In this document: one piece after another, positions 27,957-38,028 of the stretch
How positions within the stretch are numbered: the first letter of the stretch is position 1
How the letters are laid out: each line of letters begins with the position of its first letter
IMG/VR virus record: IMGVR_UViG_3300042290_000544
DNA: 64,000 nucleotides
DNA from: a virus
Direction: 5' to 3' (one strand)
Program-made: the position numbers and the translations under genes
The notes under the pieces: generated by a model
Told to the model about the DNA's origin: nothing
Databases searched by the model: none
The model's input: only the letters and a program-made list of their open reading frames with translations

Positions 27957-28910
27957 TTATTGCTTCCATTCCGCACACGCCATAAGTTCGGTAATGCACG
28001 CCACAAGATTTAACTCATGGTCGGCAACGAATGCGTCTTTGTATTGATAATTGGCAAGAATGACCACGATGTTGGGTATGCTGTCGGGATTGGCATGCTC
28101 GGTCATATTGTCGTAAATCTTGCGGAAGATTGCCGCAGGTTCGGAATCAATGTTATTGACCACCCACGCACGACCAGCCTTGAAGTCCTTGTCCTTAAGA
28201 GCCTTGATTAACAGAGTAATGTTTGCATCCGAAAGGTTTGCAAGGATACCCTTGTCAATCTTTCCAGAAACCGAATAGCGTTGGCACTCATTGAGCACTC
28301 GGCGCCAGTCGGGAGCAAAGCGGAGAATGAGTTCGGCAACGACGGCTTGCTCATACTGAATACCTTCCGATTTAAGGATGAATTCAAGACGCTTCAGAAA
28401 AGCATTGGCAAGTGATGCCATTTGTTTCTTGGAAGTATTGAATTCAATTACGGCGCATCGGGAATGAAGTGGTTCAATGACGCGATTCTTAAAGTTACAC
28501 GTAAGAATGAACCGACAGTTGTTGCTGAATTCCTCAATGAAGCCGCGAAGCGCGGGCTGCGTGGAAGATGGATTCAGGTAATCTGCTTCATCTAGGATAA
28601 TAACCTTGGGTCCTCTGGAGTGCAGAGATACCGATGAGGCAAACTGGCGAATCTTGGTACGGAGAACATCAATACCAGATTCTTCCGAGCCGTTAATGAT
28701 CATATAGTCAAGATCAAGCATGTTGCACATTGCGCGTGCAACTGTTGTTTTACCAAGACCAGCGGTACCAGTGAGCAGCATGTTCTGCATCTCACCAGAC
28801 TCAACAATGCTCTTAAAGGTCTTTAGAAGACCCTCTGGAAGGATACAGTCATCAAGTATTTGAGGACGGTACTTTTCAACCCACAAAAATTCATTAGAGT
28901 TTGTTAACAT
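27957..28910 (-). CDS. gp44: Clamp loader large subunit
   Basis: LWVEKYRP, GTAGLGKTT, DEAD, SRC. Confidence 0.96.
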   Translation of the reverse strand: MLTNSNEFLWVEKYRPQILDDCILPEGLLKTFKSIVESGEMQNMLLTGTAGLGKTTVARAMCNMLDLDYMIINGSEESGIDVLRTKIRQFASSVSLHSRGPKVIILDEADYLNPSSTQPALRGFIEEFSNNCRFILTCNFKNRVIEPLHSRCAVIEFNTSKKQMASLANAFLKRLEFILKSEGIQYEQAVVAELILRFAPDWRRVLNECQRYSVSGKIDKGILANLSDANITLLIKALKDKDFKAGRAWVVNNIDSEPAAIFRKIYDNMTEHANPDSIPNIVVILANYQYKDAFVADHELNLVACITELMACAEWKQ

Positions 28911-28919
28911 AGGGGTCTA

Positions 28920-29180
28920 TTATACACCAGTGACAATGGTCTTGTAAACCTCTTTAATCTCCGAAGTTTCATTTTCAAACTCAACCACATTCTGTTTGTG
29001 GTACATCATTGCGACCTTACGGAACGTCTTGGTCGGAAGTTTGTATTTGTCTTCCAGTGCTTTTAGAATCTCACGAATCTGTTCCTTTTGTGTTTGCATC
29101 TCCGACATAGCTTCAGAGATTTGATCAAGGGCGGTGAGGATGGCTTTGCGGTCTTCAGCCGAAGTGGGAATGTTGCTCAT
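28920..29180 (-). CDS. dsbA: T4 DsbA-like dsDNA-binding protein
   Basis: Helical 86-aa protein with the K..F.K...MYHKQ pattern. Confidence 0.65.
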   Translation of the reverse strand: MSNIPTSAEDRKAILTALDQISEAMSEMQTQKEQIREILKALEDKYKLPTKTFRKVAMMYHKQNVVEFENETSEIKEVYKTIVTGV

Positions 29181-29242
29181 AATAAAAAAGTGGTGGGTTC
29201 TTTAATGACTGCCCACCAAAAGTCCGTACGGAGTTAGAACAA

Positions 29243-29479
29243 TTACGCTTGAGCCGGAGCTTCTTGCTTTGGCTCTTCAGTTGGCTTCGGAGTGCTTGCC
29301 TTTACAAAGGCTTCAAAGCGACTGCGGAGTGCACCGATTGCGGTGAGTTCTGGACCTTCAAAGGCTCCACGACGGGAGACGATGTCGATCATTTGAACCA
29401 CTGCGGCAAGGTCATTAAGACCAAGTTGCGGAGCGGCTGCTGGTTGTTGTTGTTCTGGTATTACTTTGCTGTTGTCCAT
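29243..29479 (-). CDS. Conserved T4-like hypothetical protein
   Basis: L.LNDL....IDIVSRRGAF...EL..IG.L pattern, downstream of gp45. Confidence 0.7.
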   Translation of the reverse strand: MDNSKVIPEQQQPAAAPQLGLNDLAAVVQMIDIVSRRGAFEGPELTAIGALRSRFEAFVKASTPKPTEEPKQEAPAQA

Positions 29480-29504
29480 ATATGTTTCCTAGGTTATCGA
29501 CTCC

Positions 29505-30173
29505 TTAAGCGAACGTCGAAGTTTTTTCCAGAGCAATCCAATACTCCACCGGGAGTGTGGTATGCTTTAGATGAGAGATCAATTTAGAACTAATCTCTAC
29601 CGTGTAGTCACCAGAAACCATTTTCAGGTTGGAGATGACCATGATGAATGAGAAAACCTCTTTGCAAGCATTGTTCTCATCAACCACGATGGAGTATTTA
29701 TTCGCAGAGGCATTCTTTGCATCGGTAAGATTTACAATAATTTTGCCATTTTCGCCCTTGATTTCAATGTTGGCGTGTCCGAGGACTGCTGACGCCTTAC
29801 GAATCTTGTTGAGGGTGTCTTCGGAAAGAATGAAGGTGACTTCTGGATTCGGCATGGTTACCTGCTTGGACGGAGCCGTAAGAAGGTCCATGGAAGCATA
29901 GAAGTACCGAATGGAAGTCTTTCCATCCTTAATTGTAATCGAATCGTCGCTGAATGACAACTCTGGATCGTCTACAAGAGTGAGTGTGGAAAGGAATTCA
30001 TTCAGGTCATAGATACCAAATTCCTGAGGAAAGGTCTCGGCGACTGTGGCGGATGCCATGATGTTCTTGGCTTCCGCGATTGTAGCAATAGAACTGCCAG
30101 CCTTGAATACCATATTCGGATTAATTCCGGCAAAGTTTTTAAGGAGCTTGATTGTATTTTCTGATAGTTTCAT
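29505..30173 (-). CDS. gp45: Sliding clamp
   Basis: MKLSENT..LLKNFAGIN, FGIYDLNEFL, YWIALE. Confidence 0.95.
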   Translation of the reverse strand: MKLSENTIKLLKNFAGINPNMVFKAGSSIATIAEAKNIMASATVAETFPQEFGIYDLNEFLSTLTLVDDPELSFSDDSITIKDGKTSIRYFYASMDLLTAPSKQVTMPNPEVTFILSEDTLNKIRKASAVLGHANIEIKGENGKIIVNLTDAKNASANKYSIVVDENNACKEVFSFIMVISNLKMVSGDYTVEISSKLISHLKHTTLPVEYWIALEKTSTFA

Positions 30174-30176
30174 AAC

Positions 30177-30503
30177 TTAAAAAGCTGTGGCTGCGTGTCC
30201 CGTATCATGTTCGTAAAGGAAAAAGAGGCACGCGGCTGCGTGTCCCAGGTGATGTCGGCCTGTTTCAAGATCGAAACGCTCACCACGTTTCCATGCCCAG
30301 AGATGGCGTTGGAGTGCATCGAAATACCGACGTTCGGCTTCTGGTACATGTCTCCAATTTTCTCGGGCATATTTCTTGGCTCCGATGGTAAGAACCTGCG
30401 CCAGTTCCTCAAGCGCAAACGGCGGAATCAAACCGTATTCCGGCTTGTCCGAATCATATTTGAGACCTTCGAGGGGAGACTGTTGCTCGATTTGTTGTTC
30501 CAT
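30177..30503 (-). CDS. dATP/dGTP diphosphohydrolase domain protein (DUF5664-like)
   Basis: GLKYDSDK, GAKKYARENW, RH..W..GE..D.ETG.HHL.HA. Confidence 0.85.
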   Translation of the reverse strand: MEQQIEQQSPLEGLKYDSDKPEYGLIPPFALEELAQVLTIGAKKYARENWRHVPEAERRYFDALQRHLWAWKRGERFDLETGRHHLGHAAACLFFLYEHDTGHAATAF

Positions 30504-30558
30504 GGAAAAGGAAAAGGGCTGCAGGGTGTTGAGTCCTGCAGCCTCTGTAGTTCACTTA

Positions 30559-30789
30559 TTAGACGCTGGCAAGAGCCTTGGTATCGAGACGGTACTTATA
30601 GACCGTTTGACCTTGGGCATTCTTACGGCGGTTCGTGTAGATGGGGAGACCATCGTCACGAAGTTGAGCTACGACCGCAGATGGGTTCGCGATGCTGAGG
30701 CGCTTTGAGGCTTCGGCAATGGTAACCTCTGTGCCTTTGGCAAGAAGTTTAAACAGGCGAGCTTTCTGGGTGGATGTATTGCTATTCAT
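30559..30789 (-). CDS. Winged helix-turn-helix protein
   Basis: VTIAEASKRLSIANPSAVVAQLRDDGLPIYT...YRL; own promoter TTTACA-N16-TATGAT at 30863-30890. Confidence 0.7.
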   Translation of the reverse strand: MNSNTSTQKARLFKLLAKGTEVTIAEASKRLSIANPSAVVAQLRDDGLPIYTNRRKNAQGQTVYKYRLDTKALASV

Positions 30790-30909
30790 ATTATCTATCT
30801 TTCAGTTTGGTCCTATTGTTTTAGTTGCTTATGATTGAAGGGACCAATTCAACCATAAGAGAATCATATACTGTTGCTTGTGTTTGTAAACAACAAAGTG
30901 AATTTATTT

Positions 30910-32079
30910 TCAGGCCGCGGGTTGAGCGACTTCTGGAGCCGGTACCACTGGAGTGGCTGCTGGAACTGGATTCACAGAAGCATCAATCTTGGAGTAAAGG
31001 TCGGCAAAGGCGATTTTGGTATCATCGTCGAACCGAGAGATACACATATTGATCGACTTGAGCCGGTCGCGGAAGATGGAGAAGGTGTGTGCAATATGGC
31101 ACAGGCGACGAGTGGAAATCACTTCGTCAACACCGCCATCCGCAAACGTTTTGCGAATGACTTCCGACCAGGTTACAAGACGGTCGGCAAACTCTTCGTC
31201 AACGGCATTGTACTTTTCCATGTGCTTCACAACGATTTTGCGTTCGGTGGCCAATGGTGGGTACGTCTGCTCGATGGTGCATACAAAGCGTTCCAGGAAG
31301 GCTTCGTCGATAACCGTAGCAGCCACAAACCGACCATCCTCGGAACCCTTGCCCTTGGTATTTGCGGTAGCAATTACATTGAACCCGGGAGCCGGACGAA
31401 TGACCTCGCCAGTCTTTTTGATCAGAATGGGCTTACCTTCAAGGACGCCTTGGAGACACATGATTTTGTTGCTGGAACGGTCGATTTCGTCGACGAGAAG
31501 GATTGCACCACGTTCCATGGCCTTCACCACGGGGCCCTTGGCAAACACAGTCTCGCCGTTAAGAAGGCGGAAGCCACCGATAAGATCGTCTTCGTCGGTT
31601 TCTGGTGAAATCTGAACACGAATGTACTCGCGGTCGGCAGCCGCGCAGGCTTGTTCGACCATCATGGTTTTGCCATTGCCCGACAGACCCGCAATAAAGA
31701 TGGGATAGAATGACCGCGATTTAACCACGGTGGAAATGTCGGAGAATTCACCCCAACGAATATAGGTGGGGTCGCTTTGCGGAACGTAGGCGTCGGTATT
31801 GACGATTGAATTTACAGAGGTCGCCAGTTTCATCGTGGCGGGAGCCGGAGTCATAGGAACCACTTGGGAAACGGTGGTCGACGTGGTAGGGCGAAGGAGA
31901 GTGGTATAGTCATACGTACCCTTGTGGACGCGGTAGGCATCTGCAAAGATGTCGCTGTAGTTCTTATAGACGAAACCATGGGTTGCAGCCACGGCGTCGA
32001 TGACTTTACGGCGGAACACCGTAACGTCGGGATGAAGCTCCTTAAGGGAAGCGAGGATAGTGAGGGATGCTGATTTCAT
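30910..32079 (-). CDS. MoxR/CobS-like AAA+ ATPase
   Basis: GLSGNGKT, LLVDEID, ATANTKG, EAFLERF, STRRL. Confidence 0.9.
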   Translation of the reverse strand: MKSASLTILASLKELHPDVTVFRRKVIDAVAATHGFVYKNYSDIFADAYRVHKGTYDYTTLLRPTTSTTVSQVVPMTPAPATMKLATSVNSIVNTDAYVPQSDPTYIRWGEFSDISTVVKSRSFYPIFIAGLSGNGKTMMVEQACAAADREYIRVQISPETDEDDLIGGFRLLNGETVFAKGPVVKAMERGAILLVDEIDRSSNKIMCLQGVLEGKPILIKKTGEVIRPAPGFNVIATANTKGKGSEDGRFVAATVIDEAFLERFVCTIEQTYPPLATERKIVVKHMEKYNAVDEEFADRLVTWSEVIRKTFADGGVDEVISTRRLCHIAHTFSIFRDRLKSINMCISRFDDDTKIAFADLYSKIDASVNPVPAATPVVPAPEVAQPAA

Positions 32080-32112
32080 AATATAGAAGGTCAATTAATT
32101 TGTTATAGTACT

Positions 32113-32168
32113 ATCATACATTAAACCGTATGAAAGTAAATCACTTAGATTGTTCTAAGTTGTTGATA
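32113..32168 (-). promoter_or_regulatory. Early promoter with IHF-like box
   Basis: TATCAACAACTTA-N15-TTTACT-N16-TATGAT. Confidence 0.7.
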
Positions 32169-32179
32169 GTCAATAATCG

Positions 32180-34420
32180 TTAGGAAATTGTTTCGGCAAA
32201 CTTAGAAACGAACACTCGATTTACTTGTTTTGACCTGGAGAATTCGGAGAAAGCCTTGGCCATCCTGGAGCGGGTCATGTCCGAAGTGATGTTGAAATCT
32301 TCGTCCTCGGTATCAAGGTCGGAGCCAGAAGCAACAACAAAGTATTGATCGTAACCGAAACCATTCTCAATGGCAACCGATTTGTTTTTCTTGTAGTCCT
32401 TGGACAGTTTGGTCTGCCAGAGGGTGTAGGCGGTATGATGGTCGGTCTTTTTTGGACGGCTTACAAGCGCATTAATTACATCCCGTTGGGCACTTGAAGT
32501 GTTGGAAGGAATGAAGAAACCAATGGTTTTAGTACCAGTGGTAATACGCAGATTTCTGATTAGCTCTGCGCTAAGGGCTTCACCGCGAGGAGATTTCACG
32601 CGGCGACCGTTGAGCGTAAAGTTAAGGTTGGTTTCATACCCAGCTTGCGAACGATTTTCATCATAAGATTTATTTAAAAATGTACGCATATGTTGCCCTT
32701 CGCCGTCGGTAAGGAATACCGTGGTCATTTTCTGAACTTTATGTTTTTGTTTGAATTTGGTGACGAGGTCGTGCGCAGCAATAATGGTCTCATTCAGAGG
32801 GGTATTGCCAAGACGTTCGTATTTGGATTGAACGTAATTGCTTTGGGTTTGTTCGAAGAGCCCGTGGAGGGCTTTTTGATATTGATTCTTGGACATTGAA
32901 GAGTTAATGAGGTCGAGAATGACAACACTGTCGACAATGATTTCGCCGTCCTTACGACCACTATTTTGATCGTATGCATTTACATAAGGGCGCGAGTCGT
33001 TGTCGCCGGTAAAACCATAGACCTGGAAGGGGATACCAGTGGCTTTGCAGAACATGCTGAGATTGATCACGTGTTTCAGAACGTATTTGATCACCTCGTT
33101 CATCGAATAAGAGTAGTCGATGAACATCATCATGCCATGGCTTTTTGCATTGGCCAATTGGGTTACACTCAGAAAAATGTCGTCGGTGACTTTGTAACCG
33201 TGTAGTTTGTTGACATTTAGGATGCCAGTCTGAGCCACGGTTGCGCGGTTATACTGATATGCGGCTTTGCGCATCTCGAATTCCTTACCCAGCACGCCAA
33301 CAAACTTCTTGGTGCTCGCAATAAATTCGGCATATTCCTTGGAGTACGTTGGACGAGTACCACCGTAAATAGAAATTTGCTTTTGCCAAGCGGCATCGCG
33401 GTCGGCGGTAATGGTCTCATTTGAGATAACCGTTGCAGCCAAATCGCGTTTTGATGGAGGGGTGCAATAGTTTGTAGTACGAACCGACTCGCTGGTATCG
33501 ACAAGACTCTTGGCTTGTTTTTCAAAGTGAGAGTTGGTCGTAATTTCTGGAACGGTACCGTAGTGATTCGGGTCGAATTCCGACTTGGGAGCAGCATCTG
33601 CTTTTTGTTCGTTACCATTGGTGTCCTGGGTAGGAGCAGATTGATCCTTTGAGGGCTTGCCCATAAGGTCGTCGATGGCTTTTTCGATAGCATCCTTAAG
33701 GTCGGCATCACCGTCCTTGGATTTATCGTCGTTGCCAGCAGCGTCGGCTTGGTTTTCACCCGGCTCGCCTTGCATGGGCTCGCCTTGAGCCGAAGGGTCG
33801 GCTTCCCGCTGTTGGTTGCCGGGCTGTTCGGTTTTATTTGCACGCGGCTCGGTAGCTTTAGGATTCTCCTCGGCTTGAGCCTGAGCCAAATTTTGAAGCG
33901 CAATGGCAGCAGCCACAACGTCGTCCCAGGTCTGTACAGCCATCACCTGATTTACAACGGCTTGCTCATCCGAAGAAAAAGCAATGTTGATGGAAGAAGC
34001 CAATTTGGCTTTGAGATTGACACGGTCGCCGATGGCAAGAGCCTGAACGTCTTTGCCTTTGATGCCGAAGAAATCCTCGGTATTGAGCACGTCATAACCG
34101 CGGCGGAAGGAACCGACGAGGCCGGGATACGTGGCACGAATCATTTTCTCGATCCGCACATCCTCAACGATATTGAGGTAGTCCTTGCGGCAGGGAAGTT
34201 TGCCGTCCAAAGCATCGCGTGGAGTGTAAAGGGCGTGACCGACCTCGTGACCAACCAACAGATCGTACACATCCTTGCCTTTGTCTTTCCACACTGGAAG
34301 ACCAAGCACGCGGTTTTTGACGTCGAAGAAAGCCGTCTGAAACTTGCCGTGTTGAACAGAAATGTTCTCCTTGGAAAGCAGGCGAGCCAGCATTGATTGT
34401 TGTTCTGATCCGTTATTCAT
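32180..34420 (-). CDS. CobT-like metallopeptidase-VWA protein
   Basis: HEVGHALYT, EDVRIE, acidic linker, MIDAS DYSYS, TPL, LTDGE. Confidence 0.85.
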   Translation of the reverse strand: MNNGSEQQSMLARLLSKENISVQHGKFQTAFFDVKNRVLGLPVWKDKGKDVYDLLVGHEVGHALYTPRDALDGKLPCRKDYLNIVEDVRIEKMIRATYPGLVGSFRRGYDVLNTEDFFGIKGKDVQALAIGDRVNLKAKLASSINIAFSSDEQAVVNQVMAVQTWDDVVAAAIALQNLAQAQAEENPKATEPRANKTEQPGNQQREADPSAQGEPMQGEPGENQADAAGNDDKSKDGDADLKDAIEKAIDDLMGKPSKDQSAPTQDTNGNEQKADAAPKSEFDPNHYGTVPEITTNSHFEKQAKSLVDTSESVRTTNYCTPPSKRDLAATVISNETITADRDAAWQKQISIYGGTRPTYSKEYAEFIASTKKFVGVLGKEFEMRKAAYQYNRATVAQTGILNVNKLHGYKVTDDIFLSVTQLANAKSHGMMMFIDYSYSMNEVIKYVLKHVINLSMFCKATGIPFQVYGFTGDNDSRPYVNAYDQNSGRKDGEIIVDSVVILDLINSSMSKNQYQKALHGLFEQTQSNYVQSKYERLGNTPLNETIIAAHDLVTKFKQKHKVQKMTTVFLTDGEGQHMRTFLNKSYDENRSQAGYETNLNFTLNGRRVKSPRGEALSAELIRNLRITTGTKTIGFFIPSNTSSAQRDVINALVSRPKKTDHHTAYTLWQTKLSKDYKKNKSVAIENGFGYDQYFVVASGSDLDTEDEDFNITSDMTRSRMAKAFSEFSRSKQVNRVFVSKFAETIS

Positions 34421-34523
34421 TATGGTACTACTATATGTTAAAAACACATAGAAGTAAAACAAATAATGACGGAATGGCGTACACTAAAACTAAGTGTAAT
34501 ACCATCAATAACTTATGCTTATT

Positions 34524-36233
34524 TTACTTACAGTGGCTAAAGTTCTTTTCCTTGTAGAACTCTAGTTTTGCGCTGAATTTACCGTCCAAAGCGTCGGTTT
34601 TGTGGCTGATAATGAAGACGTTCGTGTTGTCCTCAAGAGTCTTTAGAATCTTAATGAGGTTCTCCACACCATCGGAATCCATACTGGAATCGAAGGTTTC
34701 ATCCAGAATCAATAGATTTGTGGAAATAGAGTTCTTCATACGGGCAATCTGGCGCCATGTGAAGAGAAGGGCAAGGTCGATCCGTTGTTTCTCGCCTTCC
34801 GAAAAGGAAGCATAGGAGAAGTCATCGCGGTGGCGTGAACGAATGGTCTCATTGAAGGCTTCATCAAGATTGAATGAAACAAAGAAGTCCAACACCTGAA
34901 GGTAGCCATTAATGAGCTTATTCATTACCGGTAGATACTGACGAATGACCTTGGTCTTGATGCCCGTGTCCTTCAGCATTTCGGAGATGGCTTGATTGTA
35001 AGTACCTTCCTCATAATAACCGGCGCGGCGGTCATTCAGTTCACCCGAATTTGAATTTAAAGTAGAGAGCGCAGTTTCGGCAGAAGCAATGTCGGTATTC
35101 TTACTCTTGGCAGATTCAGCTTCCAATAGTTTGATTTGCTTCTGGATCGACGACACCGTCATATTGTTCGAAAGGATTATGTTATTCAGCTTTGAATAAT
35201 CATTCAACTTTTCGGCAGTGGCATTAATTCCATTGCTAACAGTATTCAACTCATTAATAAGATCATTTCTTGCCTGAGACAGTTCATCGTTCTTTAGTTT
35301 TACCTTACCCAGCTTTTCTTCCTTAAATGCAGCATTGAGCACCTGAGAACACGTTGGGCAATTGTTGTTCTCCTCATAGAACTTGGCGTCACGGACCAAT
35401 GCTTTAATCTTAGCTTCGATCTGGGTCTGATACGTCGCCAACTTATTCTTTGTGTTTGTAAGCCTGAGTGATTCTTTCTTTACGGTATCAATGTCGGTAC
35501 CTATGGTCTTATTGATACCATCGTTTTCCGATATAAGTTCATCAATCTCCTTCTGAAGCTCTTGAATCTGTATCACATTCTTTGCGACATTCTCGGCATC
35601 AAGGTTCTTAAGATCACCAATGTACTTCTCCTGCATCTTAATCTTTTCACGAACAAGATCAATTTCATAGTTGGTGTTGGTGAGCAGTTCTCTTAGCTTG
35701 GCACTGCGCTCTTTAAGCACAATGTTCATCTTGGTGAAGATGTTAATGTCCAATAGGTCCTCAATCACCTCTCTGCGCGCATTATTGGGTAGCTGCATGA
35801 AAGGAACAAAAGAAGATGAACCGAGTACCACAATCTGGTGGAACGACTTATGGTTCAGCTTGAGAATGTTTTGCTCAAGGATTTTCTGGTAGTCACGACT
35901 ATGTGACTCCTGGTTAATAAGGACGGTATTCTGGTAGATTTCAAAGATACCAGGTTTTAGACCGCGGACAATACGGAAGGCAGTTGGACCGACATTAAAC
36001 TCCACCTCAACGATACAGTCTCTATTGTTAATTGAATTGACCAACTGTGGCTTATTAATGTCGCGGTGAGGTTTACCAAAGAGCGCAAATGAGAGTGCGT
36101 CGAGGATCGTAGATTTACCCGAACCATTATGCCCCACAATAAGCGTGGTGGGGCTTTTCAATAGGTCAATGCTGGTAAAGTAATCACCCGTCGAAAGGAA
36201 GTTTTTGTATTTAAGAGACTTGAAAACAATCAT
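34524..36233 (-). CDS. gp46: Recombination endonuclease ATPase subunit (Rad50/SbcC-like)
   Basis: GHNGSGKST, CPTC zinc hook, FSEGEKQR, LDE. Confidence 0.95.
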   Translation of the reverse strand: MIVFKSLKYKNFLSTGDYFTSIDLLKSPTTLIVGHNGSGKSTILDALSFALFGKPHRDINKPQLVNSINNRDCIVEVEFNVGPTAFRIVRGLKPGIFEIYQNTVLINQESHSRDYQKILEQNILKLNHKSFHQIVVLGSSSFVPFMQLPNNARREVIEDLLDINIFTKMNIVLKERSAKLRELLTNTNYEIDLVREKIKMQEKYIGDLKNLDAENVAKNVIQIQELQKEIDELISENDGINKTIGTDIDTVKKESLRLTNTKNKLATYQTQIEAKIKALVRDAKFYEENNNCPTCSQVLNAAFKEEKLGKVKLKNDELSQARNDLINELNTVSNGINATAEKLNDYSKLNNIILSNNMTVSSIQKQIKLLEAESAKSKNTDIASAETALSTLNSNSGELNDRRAGYYEEGTYNQAISEMLKDTGIKTKVIRQYLPVMNKLINGYLQVLDFFVSFNLDEAFNETIRSRHRDDFSYASFSEGEKQRIDLALLFTWRQIARMKNSISTNLLILDETFDSSMDSDGVENLIKILKTLEDNTNVFIISHKTDALDGKFSAKLEFYKEKNFSHCK

Positions 36234-37291
36234 ACTATTTCTAAATTTTGAGCTTCGGCGTAGAGTTCTCTTAGTTTTGACTTTAGCGCATCCTTATTGA
36301 GGGATGTTTCTGCTGCGTCGACATAAGTATTTAACAACTCTCCGGTATCCGATATAGACTCTAACGCATCCTGCTCAACATTGGAAGCCAAAAATTCGTC
36401 AAAGTTTTCGGCAATCTTAATTTCATGAATCGGACGCTTTTGAAGCCGATCAAGGAATCGGTCAAATTTAAAGAGGTCCTTCTTTGATTTAACCACGACC
36501 TTAACAAAGTGATGATCAAAGGTACTTACATCGATACCATCAACATCATATTTCTCATCATACATGAACTTTGAGAAGATCGTGAGAGGGTTTCTCACTG
36601 GAGTAATTTCCCGGGTCTCCGTATCAAATACATGGAAATACTTTGGGTCATCCACATCTGCCCACGTCATTTCAAACTGTGTACCGAGATAGTGGACATT
36701 GCCCTTGGTCGATTTAGTATGGTAATGTCCCGAAAGTACCGCTTCAAAGCGTTTAAATACATCGGCAGATTCACCGTGGGTCGCTTGTACACCAGGTTGC
36801 ATATCAAAGCCCGCAAGTTCCAAGTGCGCACCCAGGATAGGAGCATCACAGGTCTGGATGAAATTCATTGACTCTGCATGGTTCTCTGGATTGATCCATG
36901 GAAGCATTGCAATCTTGCAGGAGCCATACTGCATTACCCGTGGAGTCATAATGATATTGATGTTATTTACAAAGTAACCAAGGAGCTCTTTCAGTGAGCA
37001 AAGGTCATTCGTATTCTTGTACACCACATCATGGTTACCAGGGATAATATCCATCATCATTCCCCGTGCGACCATAGGTTCCAGGAACGTCTTACGGTTA
37101 TGGTTCAGCGCAGTAAAGTTAATGTACTTTCGATGATCATAGAAGTCACCAAGATGAAGAATCTGTTTAATGCCATTCTTGTCGCAATAAGGAAAGAACA
37201 CTTCATTGTAGAATTTGGCAAAGTAGTCGAGAAAGATACCTGAAGCATTTCTGGCACCGGTGTGGCTATCATTTAGTACGGCTATTTTCAT
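36230..37291 (-). CDS. gp47: Recombination endonuclease subunit (Mre11/SbcD-like)
   Basis: DSH, LGD, PGNHD, SGHYH. Confidence 0.95.
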   Translation of the reverse strand: MKIAVLNDSHTGARNASGIFLDYFAKFYNEVFFPYCDKNGIKQILHLGDFYDHRKYINFTALNHNRKTFLEPMVARGMMMDIIPGNHDVVYKNTNDLCSLKELLGYFVNNINIIMTPRVMQYGSCKIAMLPWINPENHAESMNFIQTCDAPILGAHLELAGFDMQPGVQATHGESADVFKRFEAVLSGHYHTKSTKGNVHYLGTQFEMTWADVDDPKYFHVFDTETREITPVRNPLTIFSKFMYDEKYDVDGIDVSTFDHHFVKVVVKSKKDLFKFDRFLDRLQKRPIHEIKIAENFDEFLASNVEQDALESISDTGELLNTYVDAAETSLNKDALKSKLRELYAEAQNLEIV

Positions 37292-37884
37292 ACTTCGGGC
37301 ATAAAGAATTCAAGTTCCGTCTTTTCCTTCTTTTTGAATTCCTTTACTGCTTTATCTACTGTTTTTACCTTATCGATTCTATTCTTGAGGACATCAATGA
37401 AACCCGTCTCCACACCATAAGTGAATTCGGAACCGTTCAAGCTCTCCGACATAAAATCGGTAATACCTGCATGCTCGATGTAACGAGTTTTAATGTCTTG
37501 CTGCTTCTTCTCCTTCATGATTCTACGGATGAAAGCATAGTAATTGATCTGAGTAAAGTAGGCAAAGGCATTAGGAGAACCAGTGCGTGTGGCAGCCTCA
37601 ATATTGTAATTCATGATGGCCTTAATGCAGTTCTCCACTCCGTCCATTACCATTTCCTCACGGTAGGTATAGTGGATAAAATTAGGTTTATGAGACAGAC
37701 CCTCTGCAATACGGAGGAAGCAACGCCCTATGTATTCCGTGATGCGTGGTATCTCCGTGCCAGCCTCTTTGGCTTTTTTAACCGAGTTGACATAATCAAC
37801 TACGTTCTGTGAGAACTCACGGTTGTTAACGTAATGAATTCCTTCTCTTTTGGAGGGCTTTAAAGGCTTTGTAATAGTTTCCAT
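37288..37884 (-). CDS. gp55: Late-transcription sigma factor
   Basis: HYVNN, IAEGLSHKPNF, NAFAYFTQI..YAFIRRI..EKKQ. Confidence 0.95.
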   Translation of the reverse strand: METITKPLKPSKREGIHYVNNREFSQNVVDYVNSVKKAKEAGTEIPRITEYIGRCFLRIAEGLSHKPNFIHYTYREEMVMDGVENCIKAIMNYNIEAATRTGSPNAFAYFTQINYYAFIRRIMKEKKQQDIKTRYIEHAGITDFMSESLNGSEFTYGVETGFIDVLKNRIDKVKTVDKAVKEFKKKEKTELEFFMPEV

Positions 37885-37901
37885 AATTTTACTTATTCAT
37901 A

Positions 37902-38003
37902 ACATTACACCATTAGTCGCATATTGTAAATAACAAAAGATTAAACATTTATAAAAGGTAAACGCAAATTTGTTGTTTACATCTCCAAATTCATTGTTAT
38001 AAT
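37902..38003. promoter_or_regulatory. Divergent sigma70-type promoters
   Basis: Minus strand TTTACA-N17-TAATGT (37930-37902) for gp55; plus strand TTTACA-N16-TATAAT (37976-38003). Confidence 0.65.
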
Positions 38004-38028
38004 GAATCTCTATTCAACTTAAGGGATA

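Noticed and set aside
30195-34396. Long plus-strand ORFs (30195-30698, 30874-31608, 31016-31615, 33749-34396)
   Set aside because: Antisense shadows of well-supported minus-strand genes, with no recognisable motifs.
30910-34420. Cobalamin biosynthesis (cobS/cobT) auxiliary genes
   Set aside because: This is a generic MoxR-VWA pair common in T4-like phages, and no other cob genes are present.
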